A stretch of 64,000 nucleotides of DNA, taken from the NCBI RefSeq assembly GCF_055900595.2, contig NZ_CM148325.1. One strand, written 5' to 3'. A program made the translations under genes and the position numbers. The notes under the pieces are model-generated. The model saw only the letters and a list, made by a program, of their open reading frames with translations. It searched no databases and had not been told where the DNA came from. Shown piece by piece: positions 11,796-23,747 of this stretch. Position 1 is the stretch's first letter; every line of letters begins with the position of its first letter.

Positions 11796-13223
11796 TCATT
11801 TAAAGCTATTTCGTAATGCTTTGTAATTAAACACGTTATGGTTTGCATCAAAAACATCTGATTTCCCCTGCCAGCGGGTAATCACCTCCTCTGGTGTTTT
11901 CGGTTGAGCCGGTCTGGTTACGCCCATCCATGCATTAATCAGATAATCATTATACGCAGTGGAAAAAACACTATTCACCGTCTGGCGATCGACATGCTCT
12001 CCCCGTGTCGGGCTGTACCAGATAAACATCGGAACATGATAAGCCTGCTGGCTGGGTTTTATTCCACCATGAAAATAAACGTGTTCTTTTGTCGGGTCAT
12101 ACTCCAGACCGTGATCTGAAAAATACATGACGGATGCCCGACGCGTTTCCAGCATGGCGAAAACCTGTCCCAACAAACTGTCGGTATAATGAATGGAATT
12201 ATCGTAGCAGACTTCTTCTGTATCCAGTGGTTTAAACACGGCTTTATCTCTGGGCCAGTTACTGCAGACTGGCTCATGGCTGCCCGTCAGATGCAGAACA
12301 ATCAGTTTCCTGCACCCCGGATTACTGTTCAGTGCTTCAGCCAGGTGCGGGAGCAGCAACTCATCATAGCCTCTGACATAAATTCTGTTTCTGGCCCGCA
12401 TGGCGATACTGGCCACAGCCGTTCCGTTCTGTCGGAAAGCGGACTGCGCACTGAGCCACCAGGTATCGAACCCTGCCTGATTCGCCATGTTGATAATATT
12501 ATCGGGGTAATGGCGAACATCATGATGCAGCACAGTATCAGCAGATAATGCCAACGGTACCGCAAGGGCGGTATAAGGTGCCCCGCTGATTGCCTGAGTG
12601 AACAGTTTCAGTCGTGATTTCTGTTTCTGAAGCTCTGGTGTGGTTGGCCGCGAGTACCCGTAAATGGACATGTTATCAGTCCTTGCTGATTCACCGATGA
12701 TCAGTACAAATTCATCAATATTATTGTCTGTAATCATCAGCTCGTAGTGAGGTATGGTATCAGCAATCGTCATTAATCTCTGATGCTCCTTTGCGGCCAG
12801 TGCAAAATAGTTCAGATTAAAGAAAGGGGTATATGTGGCAAACCGGGAAGCGACTATGTAAGGATCAACTTCATTTATTTGATACTGTTTCTTCAACGCA
12901 AACTGAAAGGAAGAATATAACGTTACTGTAATTAACAATAAAAATGTAATTACCGTGACCTTTCCCGAAGGCAATGAGGACGTTTTATTTATTGCTGAAC
13001 AGACGAACAATAAAAAGAGGATAATAAACGCAATAACATAGACGACATATATCCTGAACATTCTTATTGCTTCATCAGGATCTGTCTGTAGGATACTGAT
13101 TGCAAAACCATCATTGAATGTGGTGCCAAATGTACACCATGAATACAGGCTGATACTGATATCTGCCGCGGTCAGTAATGTGAACGGAAAGGCCAGAATC
13201 AAACGCAACGTAAGCGATTTCAT
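11796..13223 (-). CDS. Phosphoethanolamine-transferase-like (sulfatase-superfamily) membrane protein, possibly degraded at the 3' end
   Basis: 475 aa; N-terminal TM segments then sulfatase-like core (LIIGESARTDNMSIYGY..., LHLTGSHEP, YFSDHGLEYD...); an extra short downstream frame suggests a frameshift. Confidence 0.55.
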   Translation of the reverse strand: MKSLTLRLILAFPFTLLTAADISISLYSWCTFGTTFNDGFAISILQTDPDEAIRMFRIYVVYVIAFIILFLLFVCSAINKTSSLPSGKVTVITFLLLITVTLYSSFQFALKKQYQINEVDPYIVASRFATYTPFFNLNYFALAAKEHQRLMTIADTIPHYELMITDNNIDEFVLIIGESARTDNMSIYGYSRPTTPELQKQKSRLKLFTQAISGAPYTALAVPLALSADTVLHHDVRHYPDNIINMANQAGFDTWWLSAQSAFRQNGTAVASIAMRARNRIYVRGYDELLLPHLAEALNSNPGCRKLIVLHLTGSHEPVCSNWPRDKAVFKPLDTEEVCYDNSIHYTDSLLGQVFAMLETRRASVMYFSDHGLEYDPTKEHVYFHGGIKPSQQAYHVPMFIWYSPTRGEHVDRQTVNSVFSTAYNDYLINAWMGVTRPAQPKTPEEVITRWQGKSDVFDANHNVFNYKALRNSFK

Positions 13224-13295
13224 TGCCTTAATAATAAGAAGTGAACCGCCCCGGGAATCCTGGAGACTAAACTCCCTGAGAAAGAGGTAAACAGA

Positions 13296-13618
13296 ATGAC
13301 TAAAAATACTCGTTTTTCCCCCGAAGTCCGTCAGAGGGCGATTCGTATGGTTCTGGAAAGTCAGGGCGAATATGACTCACAGTGGGCGGCAATTTGTTCC
13401 ATTGCCCCAAAGATTGGCTGTACACCGGAGACTCTGCGTGTCTGGGTACGCCAGCATGAGCGGGATACCGGAGGCGGTGATGGCGGGCTCACCACCGCTG
13501 AACGTCAGCGTCTGAAAGAGCTGGAACGTGAAAATCGTGAACTGCGCCGCAGTAACGATATCCTTCGCCAGGCTTCCGCTTATTTTGCGAAGGCGGAGTT
13601 CGACCGCCTCTGGAAAAA

Positions 13619-13622
<4 letters not shown>
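13296..13622 (+). CDS. IS629 OrfA
   Basis: [51 protein letters not shown]...; 108 aa. Confidence 0.9.
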
Positions 13623-14509
<887 letters not shown>

Positions 14510-14814
14510 GTTCACAGATAAAACACTCTCCAGGAAACCCGGGGCGGTTCATATCTGCTTTGGACAACGAGCCAATATGTGTTTTGAGACAGGACTTATC
14601 CGCCGCCATAATCTGCTCTACAATCGCTTTGCTGCTCTGACACCTACGGTCACAACAGCCTCACTTGGATACACTCGCTCTGTGTTACTGGTCAGAGGAA
14701 CGACGACTACTCGAGCGAGGTTCCTGTTTGCTGCGTCATTGCTCACGATCACTGCCGGACATGTCTTGCGGATTTCACTGTCAACAGCAGGATCAAATTC
14801 AATCCACCACGTCT

Positions 14815-14900
14815 CACCTGTGCCGTCACTGCTCTGTCATCTTTCTAACACTTTACTGTCTAACACATGTAATAAAAAAGTTATTTTTCTGCAATTCGAG
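14815..14900 (+). promoter_or_regulatory. ugpB promoter region with Pho-box-like repeats
   Basis: ctgtcatctttctaacactttactgtctaacacatgtaataaaaaagttatttttctgcaattcgagc resembles the PhoB-regulated ugp promoter of K-12 (from memory). Confidence 0.5.
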
Positions 14901-14973
14901 CATGATATTTAATCCCACGAGCATGAAACGTGTGAATTCGCTCATCAGGTACAACAAGCAAGAGAGATAAACG

Positions 14974-16290
14974 ATGAAACCGTTACATTATACAGCTTCA
15001 GCACTGGTGCTCGGACTGACGTTAATGGGGAATGCACAGGCAGTGACGACCATTCCGTTCTGGCACTCTATGGAAGGGGAACTGGGTAAAGAGGTGAATT
15101 CTCTGGTCCAACGTTTTAACGCCGAAAACCCGGATTACAAAATTATACCGACTTATAAAGGCAACTACGAAGAGAGTTTAAGTGCGGGGATCGCAGCATT
15201 TCGTACCGGTAACGCTCCGGCTATTTTGCAGGTTTATGAAGTTGGCACCGCCACCATGATGGCGTCGAAAGCCATTAAACCGGTGTATGACGTGTTTAAA
15301 GAGGCGGGGATTAACTTTGATGAGTCGCAGTTTGTGCCGACGGTTTCAGGCTACTACTCCGACAGCAAAACGGGACACTTACTCTCCCAGCCGTTCAACA
15401 GCTCGACTCCTGTTCTCTATTACAACAAAGATGCTTTCAAGAAAGCAGGATTAGACCCAGAACAGCCGCCGAAAACCTGGCAGGATCTGGCGGACTATGC
15501 CGCGAAACTGAAAGCCTCCGGTATGAAGTGCGGCTACTCCAGCGGCTGGCAGGGCTGGATCCAACTGGAAAACTTTAGCGCCTGGAACGGTCTGCCGTTT
15601 GCCAGCAAAAACAACGGCTTTGACGGCACAGATGCGGTGCTGGAGTTCAACAAGCCGGAGCAGGTGAAACACATCGCCATGCTCGAAGAGATGAACAAGA
15701 AAGGCGATTTCAGCTACGTCGGGCGTAAGGATGAATCCACCGAGAAGTTCTATAACGGTGATTGCGCAATGACGACTGCCTCTTCTGGTTCTCTTGCCAG
15801 CATTCGCGAGTACGCCAAATTCAACTACGGCGTAGGCATGATGCCTTACGACGCTGACGCGAAAGATGCACCACAAAACGCCATTATCGGCGGAGCCAGC
15901 CTGTGGGTGATGCAGGGCAAAGATAAAGAAACGTATACCGGCGTGGCGAAGTTCCTCGACTTCCTCGCGAAGCCAGAAAATGCTGCCGAGTGGCATCAGA
16001 AAACCGGTTATCTGCCAATCACCAAAGCGGCGTATGACCTGACCCGTGAGCAGGGCTTTTATGAGAAAAACCCAGGGGCGGATATCGCGACACGTCAGAT
16101 GCTGAACAAACCGTCGTTACCGTTCACCAAAGGACTACGTCTGGGCAACATGCCGCAGATCAGAGCGATTGTGGATGAAGAGCTTGAGAGCGTGTGGACC
16201 GGTAAGAAGACGCCACAGCAGGCGCTGGATACCGCCGTTGAGCGTGGGAATCAGTTACTACGCCGCTTTGAGAAATCGACGAAGTCTTAA
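14974..16290 (+). CDS. ugpB: sn-glycerol-3-phosphate-binding periplasmic protein UgpB (orphan copy, no ugpAEC downstream)
   Basis: 438 aa, [41 protein letters not shown]... near-identical to E. coli UgpB as recalled. Confidence 0.9.
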   Translation: MKPLHYTASALVLGLTLMGNAQAVTTIPFWHSMEGELGKEVNSLVQRFNAENPDYKIIPTYKGNYEESLSAGIAAFRTGNAPAILQVYEVGTATMMASKAIKPVYDVFKEAGINFDESQFVPTVSGYYSDSKTGHLLSQPFNSSTPVLYYNKDAFKKAGLDPEQPPKTWQDLADYAAKLKASGMKCGYSSGWQGWIQLENFSAWNGLPFASKNNGFDGTDAVLEFNKPEQVKHIAMLEEMNKKGDFSYVGRKDESTEKFYNGDCAMTTASSGSLASIREYAKFNYGVGMMPYDADAKDAPQNAIIGGASLWVMQGKDKETYTGVAKFLDFLAKPENAAEWHQKTGYLPITKAAYDLTREQGFYEKNPGADIATRQMLNKPSLPFTKGLRLGNMPQIRAIVDEELESVWTGKKTPQQALDTAVERGNQLLRRFEKSTKS

Positions 16291-16424
16291 CCAGTGTAAT
16301 GTCGGATACGTTTCGCCTATCTGAGCTAACATCGCGTGTAGGCCGATGTGATTGACATCTTCCTCCTTACGGCATCAACGTTCCAGACTGAGATGTACCC
16401 AGTTCCCTGGTGGAGAAGTCAGTC

Positions 16425-17340
16425 ATGAATATTAATCGTATTGGTTTCGATCTTGCCGAAAAATGTTTTTCAAATCCACGGCGTTGATCACAATGAATAG
16501 TGGTACGGAGAAAAACGCTGAGCCCTCCCCACATGATGACGTTTTTCTCCGGGCTTTCTCCCTGCCTCATCAGCATCGAAGTCTGTGGCTCTTCCCATTC
16601 TGGGCACGGGAACTCATTCCGTATGGGGCCTACCGTGCGCATTATTCCGTAGAAACTTGTCAAATCTTATCTCAAAGGTAACAAAAACGACGCTAATAAT
16701 GCAGCTGCCATCTGTGAGGCCGTCAGCAGGCCCGGCATGCGATTTGTTGTTTTCATATCGGAATCCCAGCAGACGTTACAGGAAGAATACCGGGTCCGGG
16801 CCAGAATCATCCGCGAGCGAACGGCGTTGCGTAATGAAATCCGGGGGCTGTTGAGTGAATTTGGTCTGCTGCTGCCTGTGGGGATAAGGCACGTGCGTAA
16901 AATCCAGCAGGGAATACTGTCCAGGGGCAGTGGAATGACCCTTCATCCGTTTGTTGTGCGAACTGTCAGAGTAAAATGAACTCATATCGTCTCATGACCA
17001 CCGTCTTCATGAGGCTGCAAGGGATGATATCCGTATTAAACAGCTGATGGAGCTAAAAGGAGTTGGTCCCACAACAGCCTGTGCGCTGGTTGCCTGTATC
17101 GGTAATGCACATGATTTTAAAAAGGGACGGCAACTGGCAGCCTGGCTGGGCTGACGCTATCACAATACAGCAGCGGCTGAATGTCGAAGCTGGGCAGGAT
17201 AACAAAAGCCGGTGATTCGTATCTGCGAATGCTTCTGGTTCAGGGGGCTCGTTCAGTACTGATTGGTGCTGAGAAAAGGACTGACTCATTCAGTCGTTGG
17301 GTCTGTTCACTGGTTGAACGCAGAGAATACTGACGCGCTG
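16425..17340 (+). pseudogene. IS110-family transposase remnant (frameshifts and stops)
   Basis: MNINRIGFDLAEK..., ...ISIEVCGSSHSGHGNSFRMG..., ...MELKGVGPTTACALVACIGNAHDFKKGRQLAAWLG... across several frames. Confidence 0.6.
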
Positions 17341-17784
17341 TTGTGGCCATCGCCGCCAGAAAGGTAAGGCTGTGCTGGGCATCATGTCATTACGGTGATG
17401 ATTTCAGGCTGTATTCAGCCAGCTAAAGCACGCAGCAACCGTATGACTATCTGATCTGCAACTCGTTGATGATAAAGTGTTAGACCCCGTGAGGTATATC
17501 TGATTATTGTACAGGATATACGTATCCGCTTAACGAACAAGAGCCTCACTCGCGTCTTTCATCTGGGCCGAATAGATGGGATTCATCATGGTTGTTTATA
17601 GTACCGTCGTCTCTCCCCTTTATTTTTACAGAAAAGCAAACAGAAACCATAAATACCGGCGTTGACATGGCGGGGAAGCCGGCAACGGCTATCCCTACCG
17701 TAATCATAATATTTCTGTCATTTCTGCTCCCTACAATGACGTTAGTTTTACTTCTGGGCGATAACAACGAAAGGAGAGTATGAC

Positions 17785-19128
17785 ATGCACAACTCCAAAA
17801 TCCGGCTGGCTATACTGGTTGGCTGCATGGCTCTGAGCGCCAACCTGTGGGCCAAAGCGCAGCCGGTGCAGGCAACGCTGGCCGGGCATGCAATTCTGCC
17901 GGCAAAATCCGCTGTTTCAACACCGAAGGATGCGCCGGGCGATTTGCAACAGAGCGGCAAATACACCAGCGGCAAACGCGTCACCGAGCTGGGCAGCGTA
18001 GCGGGAAAATCCGCAGAACGCCTGACAGGACTCAGCCTGCCGATCAATGGTCAGCCGTTGCAGGGCCACTCAGGTATCAAACACATGCCCGACGGTACCT
18101 ATTGGGTGCTGACTGACAATGGCTTCGGCAGCAAAGCCAACTCCCCGGACGCCATGCTGTACCTCAACCAATACAAGATAGATTTCAAAGACGGCTCGGT
18201 AGTACCGCTGAAGACGCTGTTCCTGCATGATCCGGATAAAAAGGTGCCGTTCCACATCATCAACGAGAGCACCGAACTACGCTATCTGACCGGCAGCGAT
18301 TTTGATCCGGAAAGCTTCCAGTTTTCCGACGATGCCTTATGGATCGGTGATGAGTTCGGTCCTTACCTGATCAAGACCGACCTGAACGGCAAGGTGCTGG
18401 CGGTGTTCGACACAGAAGTGGACGGTAAGGTGGTTAAATCGCCGGACAACCCGACGCTGACTCTACCTAGCGCTCCGGACGGTAAGCTGAACTTCCAGGT
18501 GGCGCGTTCCAAAGGCTTTGAAGGCATGGCCATCTCGCCGGACGGCAGTAAGCTGTATCCGCTGCTGGAAGGGGCATTGTGGGACGGTGAGCAGTTCGAG
18601 AACGTTGGCGGAAAACGCTACCTGCGTGTGCTGGAGTTCGATGCCAAACAGCAGGCCTGGACTGGTCGCAGCTGGCAGTACGTGCTGGAAGACAACCAGA
18701 ACGCCATCGGCGACTTCAATATGATAGATGATACCCACGGACTGGTGATCGAGCGTGATAACGGCGAAGGCACGGCGGATAAAGCCTGCGTCGCCGGCGC
18801 GCCGACCAACAACTGCTTCAGTCAAGTAGCCAGGTTCAAACGGGTGTATAAAATTGCTTTCTCGGACACTAACGTCGGAAAACCTGTCGAAAAACTGGGC
18901 TATATTGACCTGATGAAGATTCAGGATCCGAACAAGCTGGCACGCAAGCCGCTGAACGACGGTGTGCTGACCTTCCCGTTCTTCACCATCGAGAACGTGG
19001 ATGTGGTTGACACTAACCACATCATCGTAGGCAACGATAATAACTTCCCGTTTTCCTCCAGCCGCTGGCCTAATATGGCGGATGACAACGAGTTTATTCT
19101 ACTGGATGTGAAGGATTTTCTGAAGTAG
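17785..19128 (+). CDS. Secreted phytase-like / esterase-like beta-propeller family protein (tentative)
   Basis: 447 aa with Sec signal peptide (MHNSKIRLAILVGCMALSANLWA); GFEGMAISPDGSKLYPLLEGAL-type blocks; family call is by eye only. Confidence 0.4.
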   Translation: MHNSKIRLAILVGCMALSANLWAKAQPVQATLAGHAILPAKSAVSTPKDAPGDLQQSGKYTSGKRVTELGSVAGKSAERLTGLSLPINGQPLQGHSGIKHMPDGTYWVLTDNGFGSKANSPDAMLYLNQYKIDFKDGSVVPLKTLFLHDPDKKVPFHIINESTELRYLTGSDFDPESFQFSDDALWIGDEFGPYLIKTDLNGKVLAVFDTEVDGKVVKSPDNPTLTLPSAPDGKLNFQVARSKGFEGMAISPDGSKLYPLLEGALWDGEQFENVGGKRYLRVLEFDAKQQAWTGRSWQYVLEDNQNAIGDFNMIDDTHGLVIERDNGEGTADKACVAGAPTNNCFSQVARFKRVYKIAFSDTNVGKPVEKLGYIDLMKIQDPNKLARKPLNDGVLTFPFFTIENVDVVDTNHIIVGNDNNFPFSSSRWPNMADDNEFILLDVKDFLK

Positions 19129-19284
19129 GGGGAAGAGCATCTTACGATACTCCTCGCTAATTTTAAAACGAACGGTGCTGAGCACCGTTTTTAATCACCT
19201 CGCCAGAACCTACCAGAATATGATGTTGGTTTATTATCACTGATTCATGGGGAGCACCCAGCGCTTCGGCGGTTTTTTATGTCT

Positions 19285-20109
19285 TTAAAGCAGTAGCGGT
19301 AGGGTCGCGCTGGCTGTTTTCTGGCTCACCTCGCTGTACTGGTCATCCAGCGCAATCAGCGATGTGGTGAGTAGCTCTACCAACAGCATCACTCCCACTT
19401 TGGCAGTCAGCGCGCCGGCACTCAAGGGTCCTTCCGGTTTGGCCGCGACCAGTTGAATATCACTCAGCGAAGCTAACGGACTGCGCGGTGTATTACTCAG
19501 CGCCAGTACACGCACACCTTGCTTACGCGCTAGTTTTACGACATGCAGCAGATCGCGCGTGGATCCAGAACTGGAAATCGCCACCACGAACGTGTTTTTA
19601 CTAAGTGTTGTGGCGTTCATGGCAGCACGATGCATATCGCTGAACAATTGTGCGGGTTTCCCCAGACGCAGGAGTTTATAATGTAAATACTCCCCCAGAA
19701 TGGCACTGGCTGCTACGCCATAAATCTGCACTGACTGAGCCTGATGCAGTGCAAGCGCGGCTGCTTCCAGCAAGGTTCTGTCGAGTAATTTTGCTGTGTC
19801 CTGTATTGCTTGCACGGATTCATTGACCACATTGTCAATCTCATCACCGCCGTGCTCTACAAACTGTACTTGTCGGAGATCGAGTGCCAGCGCCATTTTG
19901 AATTCGTTATAGCCCTTACACCCAAGCGTTCGGCACAGACGTGTGACGCTAGCCTCGCTGGTGCCGCTTTCACGCGCAAGTTCGGTAATCGTCAGGTAGA
20001 CAACTTTTGCCGGATCGCTAAGTACAAACTCTCCCAGCTTCTGTTGTGTTCGGCTATATCCATCAACGCTCTGGCGCAATCTCAGCAGCAGGTTTTCATT
20101 TTCTGACAT
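19285..20109 (-). CDS. RpiR-family transcriptional regulator (HTH + SIS domain)
   Basis: 274 aa; N-terminal HTH (LTITELARESGTSEASVTRLCRTLGCKGYNEFK) and SIS-like core; divergent from the PTS gene. Confidence 0.8.
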   Translation of the reverse strand: MSENENLLLRLRQSVDGYSRTQQKLGEFVLSDPAKVVYLTITELARESGTSEASVTRLCRTLGCKGYNEFKMALALDLRQVQFVEHGGDEIDNVVNESVQAIQDTAKLLDRTLLEAAALALHQAQSVQIYGVAASAILGEYLHYKLLRLGKPAQLFSDMHRAAMNATTLSKNTFVVAISSSGSTRDLLHVVKLARKQGVRVLALSNTPRSPLASLSDIQLVAAKPEGPLSAGALTAKVGVMLLVELLTTSLIALDDQYSEVSQKTASATLPLLL

Positions 20110-20274
20110 GTAAAATCCTTAATGCGTTTATCTGTTGATAGTGTGACGGAAAGGAGGGGATTGATGCCAGACATTTTAAAAAAGTATGATCGACTTCTTA
20201 GATTTTGATGGTGATTTTTATTTATAAGAATAATTATAGTAAAAATTTTCATCAAAAATCGAGGAGATGATAAA

Positions 20275-21831
20275 ATGATGCAAATGTTTAGCGGCGCTTC
20301 ATCGGGGGGATGGTTTGAAAAAGCGCAGCGGTTCGGAAAATCCTTCATGCTGCCGATTGCGGTATTGCCCGCAGCAGGGCTGTTATTAGGGATTGGTGGC
20401 GCGTTGTCAAATCCAAACACGTTGACGGCTTATCCGTTTTTAGATGCCGACTGGTTGCAGGCAATATTCACAATCATGACCAGCGCAGGTTCTATTGTGT
20501 TTGCCAACCTGTCGGTACTCTTTGCAGTCGGCGTCGCCGTGGGGCTGGCGAAATCGGATAAAGGCACTGCCGGGCTTGCGTCATTGCTGGCGTTTCTGGT
20601 GATGAATGCCACCATCAACGCCTTATTAACGCTCAACGGAACGCTGGCGCACAAGAACCCCGCTTCAGTTGGCCAGGGGATGACGCTTGGTATTCAGACA
20701 CTGGAAACTGGTGTGTTTGGTGGGGTGGTGATTGGTCTCGTCACCTGCACTTTACATAGCCGTTTCAATAAAGTCTCACTACCTCAGTTTCTCGGTTTTT
20801 TTAGTGGTTCTCGTTTTGTACCCATTATCAGCTCCCTTGCCGCGATAGTAGTGGGTGCGGTTATGACGGTGGTGTGGCCGCATTTCCAGAAACTCATTTT
20901 TGGACTGGGCGACCTGGTGGATGCGACGGGCTATCTGGGGACGCTGTTGTACGGCTTCATCCTGCGTATGCTTGGTCCACTGGGTTTACACCATATCTTT
21001 TATTTGCCGTTCTGGACGACGGCGCTGGGCGGCAGTGAAATCGTCAACGGCCAGTTGGTTGAAGGTACGCAGCGGATTTTCTTTGCCCAACTTGCCGATC
21101 CGAATACGCAGCAGTTCTACGCGGGTACCGCTCGCTTTATGTCCGGGCGCTTTATCACCATGATGTTTGGCCTGCTTGGCGCATGTCTGGCAATGTACCA
21201 TACTGCAAAGCCGGAGAATAGAAAGGTTGTCGCCGGACTACTTTTGTCAGCAGCCCTGACCTCTTTCCTGACGGGAATCACTGAGCCTGTTGAGTTCTCC
21301 TTCCTGTTTGTCGCGCCCGTATTATACGTAATTCACGCCTTCTTCGATGGTCTGGCGTTTATGGTCGCCCATATTTTACATATCACTATTGGGCAAACCT
21401 TTTCGGGCGGGCTTATCGATTTCCTTCTCTTCGGCGTGTTGCAGGGGGAAGCTAAAACAAACTGGATGTATGTCCCCATAGTGGGAATACCGTGGTTCTT
21501 CCTTTACTACTTTACTTTCCGCTATTTGATTAACCGCTTTGGCTGGCTGACGCCGGGGCGTGAGAACGTAACCCAGGTTGAATCCGGCCAGCCTCAGAGT
21601 GAACGCGCAGCGGCAGTCATTGCCGGGCTGGGAGGCAAAGAGAATCTGGAAGAGGTGGACTGTTGCGCCACGCGCCTGCGCGTGACGGTTAAAGAGAGCA
21701 GTAAGGTAGATGAAGCTGCGCTGAAAGTGGCCGGAGCGCGTGGCGTGATTATTCGCGGCAACGGCGTTCAGGTGATTTATGGCCCTCATGTCACCATCAT
21801 TAAAAACGAAGTCGAAGAGATTTTATCGTAA
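20275..21831 (+). CDS. PTS EIICB component, glucose/N-acetylglucosamine superfamily
   Basis: 518 aa; EIIC membrane domain plus C-terminal EIIB (...[12 protein letters not shown]...). Confidence 0.8.
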   Translation: MMQMFSGASSGGWFEKAQRFGKSFMLPIAVLPAAGLLLGIGGALSNPNTLTAYPFLDADWLQAIFTIMTSAGSIVFANLSVLFAVGVAVGLAKSDKGTAGLASLLAFLVMNATINALLTLNGTLAHKNPASVGQGMTLGIQTLETGVFGGVVIGLVTCTLHSRFNKVSLPQFLGFFSGSRFVPIISSLAAIVVGAVMTVVWPHFQKLIFGLGDLVDATGYLGTLLYGFILRMLGPLGLHHIFYLPFWTTALGGSEIVNGQLVEGTQRIFFAQLADPNTQQFYAGTARFMSGRFITMMFGLLGACLAMYHTAKPENRKVVAGLLLSAALTSFLTGITEPVEFSFLFVAPVLYVIHAFFDGLAFMVAHILHITIGQTFSGGLIDFLLFGVLQGEAKTNWMYVPIVGIPWFFLYYFTFRYLINRFGWLTPGRENVTQVESGQPQSERAAAVIAGLGGKENLEEVDCCATRLRVTVKESSKVDEAALKVAGARGVIIRGNGVQVIYGPHVTIIKNEVEEILS

Positions 21832-22520
21832 TGAAAACTGTACTGGATTCCCTGAAAGGTAAATTAATCGTCTCCTGTCAGGCTCTGGAAAATGAGCCTC
21901 TACATAGTCCGTTTATTATGTCACGTATGGCGCTGGCGGCAGCACAAGGTGGTGCTGCAGGTATCCGTGCCAACAGCGTGGCGGATATTAGTGCTATCAA
22001 AGAGATTGTCTCCCTTCCGATGATAGGGATTATCAAACGCGATTACCCTGGCAGTGAGGTGTTTATCACGGCCACTCTCCGGGAAGTGGATGAGCTGATG
22101 ACCGTTGAGCCGGAAATTATTGCCCTGGATGCTACTGCGCGCCCGCGCCCTAGTGGTCAGACGCTGGAAGAACTGGTCACGCAGATCCGCGCTCGCTACC
22201 CGTCCATACTTCTGATGGCAGATATAGCAACAGTAGAAGAGGCAGTGACAGCTGAACGTCTGGGTTTTGACTGTGTGGGCACTACGCTCTACGGCTATAC
22301 CGCAGAAACTGCTAGGCATGTGCTGGCGGAAAATGACTGTGGATTCTTACGTGAGGTCCTGAAAGCGGTCAGCGTTCCGGTCGTGGCGGAAGGGAATGTC
22401 GACACCCCGGAGTGCGCCGCACGTTGCCTGACATTAGGCGCTCATACCGTGGTGGTTGGGGGGGCAATCACTCGTCCGCAGCAGATAACGACACGCTTTA
22501 TCGCAGCGATCGCCTCGTAA
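21831..22520 (+). CDS. N-acetylmannosamine-6-phosphate 2-epimerase (NanE-like)
   Basis: 229 aa, [48 protein letters not shown]...; start overlaps PTS stop (operon). Confidence 0.8.
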   Translation: MKTVLDSLKGKLIVSCQALENEPLHSPFIMSRMALAAAQGGAAGIRANSVADISAIKEIVSLPMIGIIKRDYPGSEVFITATLREVDELMTVEPEIIALDATARPRPSGQTLEELVTQIRARYPSILLMADIATVEEAVTAERLGFDCVGTTLYGYTAETARHVLAENDCGFLREVLKAVSVPVVAEGNVDTPECAARCLTLGAHTVVVGGAITRPQQITTRFIAAIAS

Positions 22521-22548
22521 AGCACCGATGAGGCATGATATTTTGCTG

Positions 22549-22576
22549 GGAATAAGCGATAATTATCGCTTATTCC
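22549..22576. repeat. Perfect 28-bp palindrome just downstream of the nanE-like gene
   Basis: ggaataagcgataattatcgcttattcc; no T-run follows. Confidence 0.6.
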
Positions 22577-22589
22577 ATATTGAGAGTGC

Positions 22590-22900
22590 TATGCAGTACC
22601 CGATTAGCTCGGCAGGGGCTAAATCATGGTTATCCGGTCATGCTGCGCATGGATAATGGCTCGGAATTTAACACTCTCGCGCTGACACTGGCTGAATGGG
22701 CATAGATACTCGCAGTAAAACGAGAGCTCAGCCAGCCTGGTCGAGTTACCCCTGATAGAGGAATACTGATCCTACCCCATGTAATGTGGACACAAGCCTA
22801 AGTGATGTTCTGGTTTTCAAATTGTTCCGTACTGAGACCACCACACCAGCTGTGCCCTAACAGGCACAGTTTCAGCACTCCTAAGCAACCGTAAAATGGC
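22590..22900 (+). pseudogene. Transposase integrase-core (rve) fragment, IS remnant
   Basis: ...GYPVMLRMDNGSEFNTLALTLAEWA* then shifted frames; DNGSEF block typical of rve-domain transposases. Confidence 0.3.
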
Positions 22901-23024
22901 ACCAGTTTCACAAGCAATTGTGCTCATTATTATTGCTATAACAAAAACCTTTTTTTCTGATGAATGAATTATTAATATAATTCTGATCAAACACCTGTTT
23001 TTTTAACCTACAGAAGGAGTTATT

Positions 23025-23363
23025 ATGAAAAAATACTCTTCTCCCGTCCTTGCACTCATTCTTGTTAGCAGCAGTATGGTATCCTCCGCTGCCACAAAAG
23101 AAATCTCAAAAACAGCTTATGTCTGTAATGGAAATAAGACAATGGAGGTGGTCTATATCAACACCACTGCTGGGAACTCATATGCAGTGATTAATCAGAT
23201 GGATGAGATGATACCTATGCAGCTTATGAAAATGGCCTCCGGAGCCAATTACGAAGCCATCAATAAAAGATACTCATATAAACTGTACACAAAAGGGAAA
23301 AAAGCCAATCTGGTGGAAGGGAATGATAATCCTGTCTTAAGCAACTGTTCATCGGCCGAATGA
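23025..23363 (+). CDS. MliC/PliC-family lysozyme inhibitor-like periplasmic protein
   Basis: 112 aa with signal peptide; ...YVCNGNKTMEVVY...MASGANYEAI...YKLYTKGKKANL...NCS pattern resembles MliC. Confidence 0.55.
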   Translation: MKKYSSPVLALILVSSSMVSSAATKEISKTAYVCNGNKTMEVVYINTTAGNSYAVINQMDEMIPMQLMKMASGANYEAINKRYSYKLYTKGKKANLVEGNDNPVLSNCSSAE

Positions 23364-23436
23364 CAGCCATCGTGCTAACCGTGATATTCTGCTGACTTAA
23401 CCTGTTTACCATTCTGTGTAAATGCCTTTTCTTTAA

Positions 23437-23459
23437 AGTGACCGTCAGGACGGTCACTG
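23437..23459. terminator. Hairpin between convergent genes (possible bidirectional terminator)
   Basis: agtgaccgtc-agga-cggtcact between the MliC-like stop (23363) and the regulator stop (23748). Confidence 0.35.
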
Positions 23460-23747
23460 ATTACCCATTCTGAATTCAGTGCAGAATTAAAATATGTGTG
23501 CAAAATAATTTAATTCAGACAGCTTTTTATTTCACTATGGCTATCCCAGAACAATCAGTACAAATAATAAAAGACATATCACAGCAACACTCCACACTGA
23601 CAGCGCAAAAATAAATGCCGCCTTTGTTATCTTCATATACAAGCAACCTGTCCTGATAATCACCAACTCATGTTTTATTCTTAACCATTCGTCACAAATA
23701 CAACAAAAAATAACAGCAGCAGCACCGATATCACAATATAAGATACA

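Noticed and set aside
15451-19020. Minus-strand ORFs 15451-15996 and 18463-19020
   Set aside because: Antisense to ugpB and to the phytase-like gene respectively; no independent signals.
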